Origin: an uncultured Enterobacteriaceae bacterium
GTDB lineage: Bacteria > Verrucomicrobiota > Verrucomicrobiia > Verrucomicrobiales > V1-33
DNA: 64,000 nucleotides
NCBI GenBank assembly: GCA_964596095.1
Contig: CAZQUC010000001.1
Location: forward strand, 833 to 64,832
Direction: 5' to 3'
The translations under genes were made by a program, and so were the position numbers. The notes under the pieces are model-generated. The model ran no database searches, was not told the DNA's origin, and saw only the letters and a list, made by a program, of their open reading frames with translations. Below are positions 1 through 7,522 of this stretch, in pieces (position 1 is the stretch's first letter; the number at the start of each line of letters is the position of its first letter).

Positions 1-351
1 CGCCAGCGCGCCTCCCACCCCGTCCACCCCGGTCGAGTGATTGACGACCCGGTGGGTCACGGCGGTGGTGCGGTCGAAGACATAGACATCCGAGCTGGGG
101 ATCGACCCCAGCACGGTCGGGTCCGGGGCGGAGAAAGAAATGTAGCGTCCGCTGCGGGAGATCCACGGATAGTAATGCTCCGTTTGCCCGGTCACCAGCG
201 GCACCACCACCGCCCCCCTCTGCTCGAAGAGCCCGAAGCCGCCACCGGAGGAGGGAGCGGAAAAGACCGTCTGACCTCGGGCCGCGCCGCCCATCAGGAC
301 GGCGGCGATCACGGCGAGGCGGAGGGAACCGTCCGGGAAGAGATATTTCAT
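1..351 (-). CDS. Secreted PD40/TolB-like beta-propeller protein, N-terminal part (gene runs off the window start)
   Basis: Absent from the ORF track because it has no stop in the window. My minus-strand translation from ATG 351..349 gives MKYLFPDGSLRLAVIAAVLMGGAARGQ (signal peptide), then ...YPWISRSGRYISFSAPD...SSDVYVFDRTTAVTHRVV..., which is the PD40 blade pattern. The frame stays open to position 1. Confidence 0.55.
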   Translation of the reverse strand, partial: MKYLFPDGSLRLAVIAAVLMGGAARGQTVFSAPSSGGGFGLFEQRGAVVVPLVTGQTEHYYPWISRSGRYISFSAPDPTVLGSIPSSDVYVFDRTTAVTHRVVNHSTGVDGVGGALA

Positions 352-388
352 CAGTCTATGGGTCTCGAAAGGAAGGCCTCGGCGGGGG

Positions 389-748
389 CTATTCATATCG
401 GAAACGGCATCTCCGGCGCATCATCCCGTCGTTGGCTTCACCGTTGATCCAGTCAATGGTCACGCCGGCCAGGGGCGTGCTCACGCTCATGAACAATTCC
501 TGCAATCGCCGGGCCGCCTCCAGCATCACCGCGGAGGGTTCGTCGATTTCCGCGTCGCCGGCCACCGGTCTGAGCGCGCATCGAACATGGGGCGAGCCCG
601 GGTCCAATCGTTCTCCCGCGGCGGCAATTTCAATGACCAGACCATTCCAGCCGTTGCTCGTCGCAATCCGCAATCCCTCGTCCGCAATGGAGTCGAGAAG
701 CGGTTGCTGCAGATCATGGAATTCGATATCGCCGTGTTTCATGGCCAT
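389..748 (-). CDS. Small acidic cytoplasmic protein, immunity-protein-like (YezG/DUF600-like pattern)
   Basis: 119-aa ORF with no signal peptide. Central WNGLVIEIAAAG and a C-terminal ...VTIDWINGEANDGMMRRRCRFRYE resemble small polymorphic-toxin immunity proteins. This is a motif-level resemblance only. Confidence 0.4.
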   Translation of the reverse strand: MAMKHGDIEFHDLQQPLLDSIADEGLRIATSNGWNGLVIEIAAAGERLDPGSPHVRCALRPVAGDAEIDEPSAVMLEAARRLQELFMSVSTPLAGVTIDWINGEANDGMMRRRCRFRYE

Positions 749-850
749 TTTCGGGGTTGGGATGCGGACGCCGGGAGGAGGGCCATGACGAGAGTAACCA
801 TTTTCTGCGGCGTTGTCATCCGCCTTCTGGCGATCAAACCGGGGCTGGTC

Positions 851-3289
851 TCACCGCGTCAGCTTCAGCCGCAGGAAGACAGGCGCGCCGGGCGCGAGCG
901 GGGCGGTGGTGCGCCATTCGATGGTTTCGGTGCCGTCGCCGTGGTCCTGCAAATTATAGAGCTGCACCCAGGAAGCGCCACCGCCGTCGGTGCCGGCCCA
1001 GGTTTGCAGGTCGGTGGAGCGTTCGATGGTCTGCGTGACGTCGGTGGCAGCCTTGCCGCGGCGGTAGCCGAGGACGGCGTAGTGATTGCCGGTGAGAGAG
1101 ACGGCCTTTTGCGTGACGGGCGCGAATTGTTTTTCGGTCTTCGGGTTCGTTCCGTGGAGATATTCCTGGAGATTGACGAGGGCGTCGTCATCGGGATTGG
1201 CCAGCGGACCGCCGATGGCGGGATTGGCACGCTCCGCTTCGGTGAAGGTATTGAGCAGCCACAGGTCGAAGCCGGACAGGGCCGGAATGAAATGCGCGGT
1301 GATGTGCTTCGCGGCGTCCATGCTCACGGTGAGCGGATTGGCGGCGCCGGAGGCATCGCCGGACCAATGGGAGAAGGAGTGCCCGGCCTGGGGCACGGCG
1401 GTGAGGATGACGCTGCCGCCTTCCTCGTAGGTGGCCTGCTCCGGCTGGCGCGTCACGCTGCCATTGCCATCGGGGGTGATGGCCAGGGCATATTGTGCGG
1501 GCAGCGCGGCGCTCATGATGAGGCCGTTGTTGCCGACGGCGACGAGCAGGCCGTTGCCTTCCGCCAGGTCGCTGAGCGCCGTGGAGACGGGCAGCGACAG
1601 CGGCGTCCAGGCGAGGCCATCGGGGCTGGTGCTCATCGCTCCGAATGGCCCTATGGCCACGAATTGTCCGCCACGCGCCACGAGCTTGAGGGTGTTGAAA
1701 GGCGCGTTGACGAGGCCGGTCGTGCTCCAGTCGATGCCATTGACACTGGTGGTCACGGCGGATTGCGCCCCCGCGGCGACAAAGCGTCCCGCCGCCCGCA
1801 CCATGCCGCGCAACTGCTGGGTGACGCCGCTGTCGCGCGCGGTCCATGCCGTGCCATCGGCGCTGGTGTAGATGGCCCCGCCGGTTCCCACCGCGAGATA
1901 CACGCCTTCGGCGTAGGTCATGTCGCTGAACTCCACGGGGTCCGCCACATCATGCGTGCTCCAGGCGGAAAAGTCCGCCGTGCTGCGCAGCAGGCCGTTG
2001 TTGCCCGCGACAAACCACCGGCCATTGAGACGGCGCAGGCAGTTGACCGAGGGGAAGCCATCGAATCCGCCGGCCGGCAGCGACCAGGTGACGCCATCCA
2101 CGCTCTGGCTCACCGCGCCGTTGTAGTTCAGCGCGATGAACCGTCCGTCGGCAAAGACCAGATCGTTCCACGAGGTGCCTTCCGGCGGTGTGAAGGCCGC
2201 GGTCCATGTGAGGGCGTCGGCGCTGGTATAAATGGTGCTCTCAAACGCGGCCGCCGCGAATTTTCCGGCCCCGAACGCCACATTGGAAAACCCCGCCGCC
2301 ACTTTGCTCTGGCGGTTCGTCCAGGCGGCGAAGTCCGGGCTGGAGGCGAGCGAGCCGTCGCGCCCGATGACCACATGCTGGCCGCTGAGGGCCGCGATGC
2401 CATGCAGATCGCCGCTGACGCCGGTGGCCACCTCCGCCCACGCGGTGAAGTCGCCGGTCATCCGCACGCGCCCCTGGCGTCCGGTGAAATAATAGCTGCC
2501 CGCGTGATAGGCCGCGTCCCAGAGCCAGTCGTTTTCCTCCGCATACGGGCGCTTCGTCCAGGTGATGCCATCCGGGCTGGTCAGCAGCGTGCCGTTCTTG
2601 CCGCCCGCGACGTAGTGGCCGTTGAGATGGCGGATGCAAAGCAGATCGGAACTCAGCAGATCCGGATCCAGCCCCGAAGCGCGGGCCGTCCAGGTGCCTC
2701 CGCCCGGGCTGGTGACGATCAATCCGTTGTTTCCCACCGCGACGAATTGACCGCCCGCGAACAGGATGTTCTGCACAGAGTCCTCGACCGGCAGCGGATG
2801 CGACTCCCACGAGACGCCGTCCACGCTGGAGGCGATGCTGCCGGTGCTCCCCATGAAAAACTTCCCCTCCGCAAAGGTGAGGGACCAGTTGTTGAACCCG
2901 ATGCCCGCGGGACGGGATGACGTCCATGCCGCCAGGTCCGTGCTGGTCAGAATGGTCCCCGAATCCGCGCCGGAGATCACCCACAGCCCGTTGCCAAACG
3001 CGATGTCCGTGACGCCGCCTGCATAACCGGTGCGGTGCGACTGCCAGGTGACGCCATCGCTGGAGGAAATGATCGTGCCCTTGTCGCCGATCGCCACCAG
3101 CTTCCCGCCTGCGGCGCGCAGAGCCGTCAGATGGTTCGGCGTCGGCAGCGGACTGCGCACCTCAAGCTTTTCGTAGAGGCTTTGTGCCGGAGCTGTTTTC
3201 GTGCCGGGCAGGGCCAGCAGCGTGAGGCACAGCGCAAACCGGAGTGGAAGCGGGCAAGCGTGGGGACGGCAGGCAAGTCGATGGCGCAT
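851..3289 (-). CDS. Secreted tandem Asp-box (BNR/Ycf48-like) beta-propeller protein with InlB-B-repeat-like module, TSP3-like linker and conserved C-terminal domain
   Basis: 812 aa. Signal peptide LCLTLLALPGTKTAPAQS. 13 S-x-D-x-x-x-W motifs about 40-45 aa apart (SSDGVTWQS, SVDGVSWES, SPDGITWTK, TSADGTAWTA ...). Then GNGSVTRQP...SVILTAVPQAGHSFSHWSGD, NPDDDALVNLQEYLHGTNP, and the tail STDLQTW...VFLRLKLTR. Confidence 0.8.
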   Translation of the reverse strand: MRHRLACRPHACPLPLRFALCLTLLALPGTKTAPAQSLYEKLEVRSPLPTPNHLTALRAAGGKLVAIGDKGTIISSSDGVTWQSHRTGYAGGVTDIAFGNGLWVISGADSGTILTSTDLAAWTSSRPAGIGFNNWSLTFAEGKFFMGSTGSIASSVDGVSWESHPLPVEDSVQNILFAGGQFVAVGNNGLIVTSPGGGTWTARASGLDPDLLSSDLLCIRHLNGHYVAGGKNGTLLTSPDGITWTKRPYAEENDWLWDAAYHAGSYYFTGRQGRVRMTGDFTAWAEVATGVSGDLHGIAALSGQHVVIGRDGSLASSPDFAAWTNRQSKVAAGFSNVAFGAGKFAAAAFESTIYTSADALTWTAAFTPPEGTSWNDLVFADGRFIALNYNGAVSQSVDGVTWSLPAGGFDGFPSVNCLRRLNGRWFVAGNNGLLRSTADFSAWSTHDVADPVEFSDMTYAEGVYLAVGTGGAIYTSADGTAWTARDSGVTQQLRGMVRAAGRFVAAGAQSAVTTSVNGIDWSTTGLVNAPFNTLKLVARGGQFVAIGPFGAMSTSPDGLAWTPLSLPVSTALSDLAEGNGLLVAVGNNGLIMSAALPAQYALAITPDGNGSVTRQPEQATYEEGGSVILTAVPQAGHSFSHWSGDASGAANPLTVSMDAAKHITAHFIPALSGFDLWLLNTFTEAERANPAIGGPLANPDDDALVNLQEYLHGTNPKTEKQFAPVTQKAVSLTGNHYAVLGYRRGKAATDVTQTIERSTDLQTWAGTDGGGASWVQLYNLQDHGDGTETIEWRTTAPLAPGAPVFLRLKLTR

Positions 3290-3541
3290 GGTGAAGTGAA
3301 GGCTTCTTAAACCGAATTCAATGCCGCCTCCGCCGGAATCTCACCAAGTTTGCGAGAAAAATTCATGCCGGGACGCGGCTGCGCCGGAATCCATCGCCCA
3401 AAAATGCTGTGAAACGCGGCCCGGTCCGGCATTGAACAGACTGGCGGCCGCCCCTGCCTCATGCACGAATCATTGACGCCCGATCCGAAGACACCTTGCC
3501 GGGCGGATTGAACGCCGGGCTGCGCGCGCAGGATCGCAGGC

Positions 3542-5230
3542 TCATTCCAGACGCACGGCGCGGAGGAAGGCGGCGGGGGCGTTGCCCATGAGAATCTGGG
3601 TTTTGGTGGAGGTGGCACCCGCGTCGGCGGCCAGCGAGGCGGTGACGGTTTCCCAGGTTTTGAGGTCGGTGCTTTTTTCGATGCGGTAGTTTTCACCCGG
3701 CGTGCTGGCGAAGGTAATGCGAAGGGTGTGCAAGGAGGCGTTGCCGTGATGGGTGACGATGTGCACGGGGATGATCTCCCGGCCACCGGTGACGGTGGCG
3801 CGCAGGCCGTCCATGGTGAGGGTGGCACGGCCACCGGTGGCTTCCCAGAAATTGTAGTTGCCGATGCCATCGTCGCCGGGGCGGGCGAAGCGTTCGGTCA
3901 TGGTGTCGAAGTGGATCCACCGTTCGTTGGCCAGCGGCGTGGGCGTGAGGACGACGTGGAGGACGCGGAAGTTTTTCTGCGAGGCGGCACGGGACGGCGA
4001 GCGTGCGCCGTTGGCGGCGATGATGTCGGGCATGGTGAGGGTGGTGATGGAGCTGGCGGTGAAGATGCCGCTGGCCTGGTTCTCCCAGGCGAAGTTGTGG
4101 GCGATCTGAATGGGACGCACGGCGGAGGCATCGACCAGGCCCATGAGGTAGAGTTCCAGCTCGGAATAGGGCAGGCTGTTGCCGCCGTTGGCGACGTAAC
4201 CAAAGCTGCCGAACTCCCCGGTGCGGGGATTGCGGGCACGGTAGCGGTTGCCGCCGAGAGGTTCGAGCGAACCCGGCTGCCAGCCCCCGAGCTGGCCGCC
4301 CGCGCTGCTGTAACCCCAGTGGTTGCCGGTGGTGGTGACGCCGAGGGCAGGGTTTTGCAAATAAACGCCCCAGCGGTGCAACAGCTCGTGCAACGACGGG
4401 CCGGACATGAGCGCGGAATCGACGGAAAGATGCATCGCACCTTGCAGCCTGCCAGCGGAGCCGTAATTGGCGCTCAAGTTGTAAAGAGTGGCCCCGAGGC
4501 CCCGGGTGTCGTTTTTCGCCGGGAAGTAAATGCCGCTGTAAGCGTATCCGGTTGGCAGTTCGCTGAGATTGTTGCTGAAAAAGATGAAGTCGAAGGCGTC
4601 GTCGAGCCGCGCATAGACGGACTGACAGAGCGTCTGCATTTGTTCGCGAGTCATGCTGCGAGCCAGCCAGGTGAAGGTGCCGGGCGCGACTTGCAGAGAG
4701 GCGACGCGGCCGGAACCGAGCAGCGTGAGCGTGTCGGACGGGCCGGGCAGGATGATTTTGGGATTGGCCGCTCCGGGGTTGGGGTCGATGAGGTCGTCGA
4801 TGCCGTCGTTGTCGGCGTCGATGTTATACACGTAATCGCGATAGTAATAACTTGGCCCGGCTCCATTGCGGCTCCAGAGCCGGACGTAAACCCGCTGGTT
4901 CACCGGCAGTCCGGTGAGCGTGTGGCTGGTCGCAGTGAGATCACCGGTGCTGTGGATGTTATTGGAATTGACGCCGGTGGTCCCGATGGCAAGCCGGTAA
5001 ACCATGCCCGCATCCGTCCAGGTGAAGGTGGTGCTGGCAGTGAGCGCAGAGCCGGGCGCGGGCGTGATCATCGTGGCGACCTGCCCCAACGCGGACAGGC
5101 CGCCCAGCAACCAGGCGATCATCATGGCGGCGCGGGTCATCGCGCGGTGGAGGGAGGCTTTGTTCCTGTCTGGCATGGTGTGGGAAGATGAGGTCTGCCT
5201 GTCGGCGGAGAGCGGAAATTTCCGCCTCAT
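3542..5230 (-). CDS. Secreted putative zinc metallopeptidase (HExxH) with conserved C-terminal domain
   Basis: 562-aa ORF. HELLH in ...SGPSLHELLHRWGVYL.... The signal-peptide-like MTRAAMMIAWLLGGLSALGQVA begins at the alternative ATG 5140. ATG 5230 overlaps the upstream stop as ATGA. DADNDGIDDLIDPNP is a Ca-binding-like linker. The tail is STDLKTW...AAFLRAVRLE. Confidence 0.7.
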   Translation of the reverse strand: MRRKFPLSADRQTSSSHTMPDRNKASLHRAMTRAAMMIAWLLGGLSALGQVATMITPAPGSALTASTTFTWTDAGMVYRLAIGTTGVNSNNIHSTGDLTATSHTLTGLPVNQRVYVRLWSRNGAGPSYYYRDYVYNIDADNDGIDDLIDPNPGAANPKIILPGPSDTLTLLGSGRVASLQVAPGTFTWLARSMTREQMQTLCQSVYARLDDAFDFIFFSNNLSELPTGYAYSGIYFPAKNDTRGLGATLYNLSANYGSAGRLQGAMHLSVDSALMSGPSLHELLHRWGVYLQNPALGVTTTGNHWGYSSAGGQLGGWQPGSLEPLGGNRYRARNPRTGEFGSFGYVANGGNSLPYSELELYLMGLVDASAVRPIQIAHNFAWENQASGIFTASSITTLTMPDIIAANGARSPSRAASQKNFRVLHVVLTPTPLANERWIHFDTMTERFARPGDDGIGNYNFWEATGGRATLTMDGLRATVTGGREIIPVHIVTHHGNASLHTLRITFASTPGENYRIEKSTDLKTWETVTASLAADAGATSTKTQILMGNAPAAFLRAVRLE

Positions 5231-6336
5231 GGCATGTCGTATTTTTGCGTCACATTATTGCCCTCGCTGAGGTAGCTGCCGACGGCGCGGGTGCCTGACA
5301 TGCCGTATTTGCCCGCTTCGGCTGACTGCCGCCGCCCCCTGCTCTGGACGATGTGCGTGGCATTGATGCCGTGTTGCGCGCCTGTGGCCGCGAAGCCATA
5401 GCTGGCCACGACGGTATCGGCATGAATGCCGTCGCCGCCATTGGAGCGGCCGGAGGAGCTGGAAACCACGCCGGATTGCGCCATGATGCCATTCCCCGAT
5501 CCGGCGACGGAGGCTCGCCCATGGCTATGAGTCACATCCCCTTCGGAGACAATCCCGTGGCTGCCCCCGGCGGCATGACGGGTCTCGCCTGAGCTATGGG
5601 CCACCCGTTCGACGCCGTGAATGCCGCTCCCTCCCACGCTGTGGCCGCGGCTGTTTTCAATCTGCCAAGCCCAGATGCCGAACTCTCCGCCCGCGTTGTG
5701 AACGGCGCAGTCGCGGACGACCGTGGCCATGATCCCGTTGCCTCCCACGGTATTCACCGCGCAGGAATCGACGATGGCATTGGAGGTGGTTTCCAGCGAG
5801 ATGCCCCGGCCGCCCACTCCGCTGACGGTGATGTCCCGCACGACGACGTTTTTCTTGCCTTCGCCGACGGTCAGAATCCCGGCGCTGAAACCCTGCCCCG
5901 TGAAGGCCGTCCCGTTGTAGGTGAAAGAGGAGACGATGGAGCCGTTGCTGATGGTCACGTTCTGCGTCGCCTCCGTTTCGATGCGGATGCCCGTGCCGGT
6001 GCCGCCCCCGCCCACGCTGAGAGCCGAGCTGCGAATGCGGAAGCCATTGAGATCAAGCGTCACGTCGCTGGCCCTGATGATGATCCCGTGGCTGAGATTC
6101 GCCGAGTGATGGCCCGTGAGATAATAGGAGCCGGGCTCGCTGATCGTGATCGTCCCGAGGTTGATCGCCACGCCGGGAGAACCCGCGACCAGCGGCGTGC
6201 GCGCTTCGATCTGGTCGAGCGATTTCATCGTCGGCGCGGGCGCACCGGCGGGCGGGGTGAGCGGACCTTGCGCCAGGGCCGGGGCGGGCAGCAGGGACAG
6301 CAGGACGGAGGGAAGCAGCCAGGTGGTGTTTTTCAT
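5227..6336 (-). CDS. Secreted right-handed parallel beta-helix repeat protein
   Basis: Start moved to ATG 6336 (MKNTTWLLPSVLLSLLPAPALAQGP, signal peptide). The 65 residues upstream in the ORF track are Arg/Pro-rich noise. Contains GPLTPPAGAPAPTMKSLDQIEARTPL followed by repeated G-x-G-I / N-x-x-I-x-x-C turns typical of the pectate-lyase-fold beta-helix. Confidence 0.7.
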   Translation of the reverse strand: MKNTTWLLPSVLLSLLPAPALAQGPLTPPAGAPAPTMKSLDQIEARTPLVAGSPGVAINLGTITISEPGSYYLTGHHSANLSHGIIIRASDVTLDLNGFRIRSSALSVGGGGTGTGIRIETEATQNVTISNGSIVSSFTYNGTAFTGQGFSAGILTVGEGKKNVVVRDITVSGVGGRGISLETTSNAIVDSCAVNTVGGNGIMATVVRDCAVHNAGGEFGIWAWQIENSRGHSVGGSGIHGVERVAHSSGETRHAAGGSHGIVSEGDVTHSHGRASVAGSGNGIMAQSGVVSSSSGRSNGGDGIHADTVVASYGFAATGAQHGINATHIVQSRGRRQSAEAGKYGMSGTRAVGSYLSEGNNVTQKYDMP

Positions 6337-6377
6337 AAGTGTGTGGAAACAGCCGGATCGGAGATGAGAGCGGGCAT

Positions 6378-7454
6378 TCAGGGGGCCAGCGGCTTGAGGG
6401 CGACGACGCGGAAAAAGCGCCGCGGTCCGGCGGGAAAACCGAACGTCCGGCTGAGAAAGCGTCCGTAAGGAATGGCGATCTGGATGGCGTCGGCGGATGG
6501 CGTGATGACACCGAGGCCCGAATCCACCCACGGCCCGGAAGCTCCCAGGCCGGTGGACATCTCGATCCGGTAAAGGCGCGTGCCGGAAATCGTGAAGTCC
6601 AGCGTCGCTTCATTCAGCGCGCCGTTGTAAGTGTGCTGAATCATTCGCAGGAAGTCCTGTGCATCCCTTGGATTCGTGTCGGCCTGATATTCGTCGCGGT
6701 CGGACACACCATCACCATCCGCATCCGTGGTTGACCCGACCGCGGCGAGACCGCCGAAATGAAGGTGCTCCCAATGGTCAGACATGCCATCCCCGTCCTC
6801 ATCCACCACGGCGATGGTCCGCGTGGCCAGCAGCCCCGTGCCGAGATTGATCCAGCCGAGATTGGCCGACCACGCGTAACCGGAAAATTCTCCGGTGAGT
6901 CCGTTCACTTGCGGACGGTCCGGCTCAAACTCAGCGTCTCCCGCCCAACCGAAGTTGATCCACCCCGTATTGGCCGACCAAGCGAAACCCGAAAGCCGTC
7001 CGCTCGGCCCTCGGTTCACGCCATGATCCGTGCCCGTATTGGCATACGTGTGGCCATTGGCCGGACGGCCCGAGCCGAAGTTGATCCACCCTATGTTCTG
7101 TGACCAGGCGAAGCCCGAAAGCACCGTCTCGCCGACCGACACCCCGGCCGGTGCGGCGGGTTGATTGTGCCGGAACGAAATCCAGCCCGCATTGCCAGAC
7201 CACGCCCAGCGGGCCGTTTCATCAAAGGTGCCCGCGACAGCAGACACAGCGGAAGCGGCGACCACGGCAAGCAAGCCAAACAACACAAGCCACCCACGCC
7301 TGATTCCGCGCAGGAAACCACGCGCAGCAACCGCCCGCCGGACCGGAGGCGGCGTGACGAGGCCAACCCGGCGCGGCGACCGGGACACATTCGGGACACG
7401 ATGACATTTCATGGCAACGCAGGCCGAAAGCCGCCCCCGGCCACTTCCGCCCAC
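6378..7454 (-). CDS. Secreted/anchored protein with four G[FY]AWSxNxGWINFG repeats, TSP3-like linker and conserved C-terminal domain
   Basis: 358-aa ORF with GTG at 7454 (alternative ATG at 7412). Hydrophobic segment WLVLFGLLAVVAASAVSAVAG. Repeats RWAWSGNAGWISF, GFAWSQNIGWINFG, GFAWSANTGWINFG, GYAWSANLGWINLG. DEDGDGMSDHWE...DADGDGVSDRDEYQADTNP. Tail ...RRFFRVVALKPLAP. Confidence 0.75.
   Translation of the reverse strand: MGGSGRGRLSACVAMKCHRVPNVSRSPRRVGLVTPPPVRRAVAARGFLRGIRRGWLVLFGLLAVVAASAVSAVAGTFDETARWAWSGNAGWISFRHNQPAAPAGVSVGETVLSGFAWSQNIGWINFGSGRPANGHTYANTGTDHGVNRGPSGRLSGFAWSANTGWINFGWAGDAEFEPDRPQVNGLTGEFSGYAWSANLGWINLGTGLLATRTIAVVDEDGDGMSDHWEHLHFGGLAAVGSTTDADGDGVSDRDEYQADTNPRDAQDFLRMIQHTYNGALNEATLDFTISGTRLYRIEMSTGLGASGPWVDSGLGVITPSADAIQIAIPYGRFLSRTFGFPAGPRRFFRVVALKPLAP
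6840..7211 (-). repeat. Four tandem protein-level G[FY]AWSxNxGWINFG repeats
   Basis: Read directly from the translation of 6378..7454. Period is about 36-42 aa. Confidence 0.8.
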
Positions 7455-7486
7455 CCCCTGTCCGTTCGCCGATGCGCAATCTTACA
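7455..7486 (-). promoter_or_regulatory. Conserved upstream element, copy upstream of the GWINFG-repeat protein gene
   Basis: Minus strand: tctGTAAGATtgcgcatcGGCGAACGGACAGGGGGTGGGCGGAAGTGG, preceded by GAAAAAAAA. Confidence 0.45.
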
Positions 7487-7522
7487 GAAAAGTGAGATTT
7501 TTTTTCGTCCCGTCCTGGCCGA

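Noticed and set aside
587-2920. 777-aa plus-strand ORF (and 3728..5191, 5596..6468, 14564..17095 on the plus strand)
   Set aside because: These are antisense shadows of well-structured minus-strand genes in high-GC DNA. The products are Arg/Gly/Ala/Pro-rich with no motifs, signal peptides or repeats, while the opposite strand encodes clear domain proteins.
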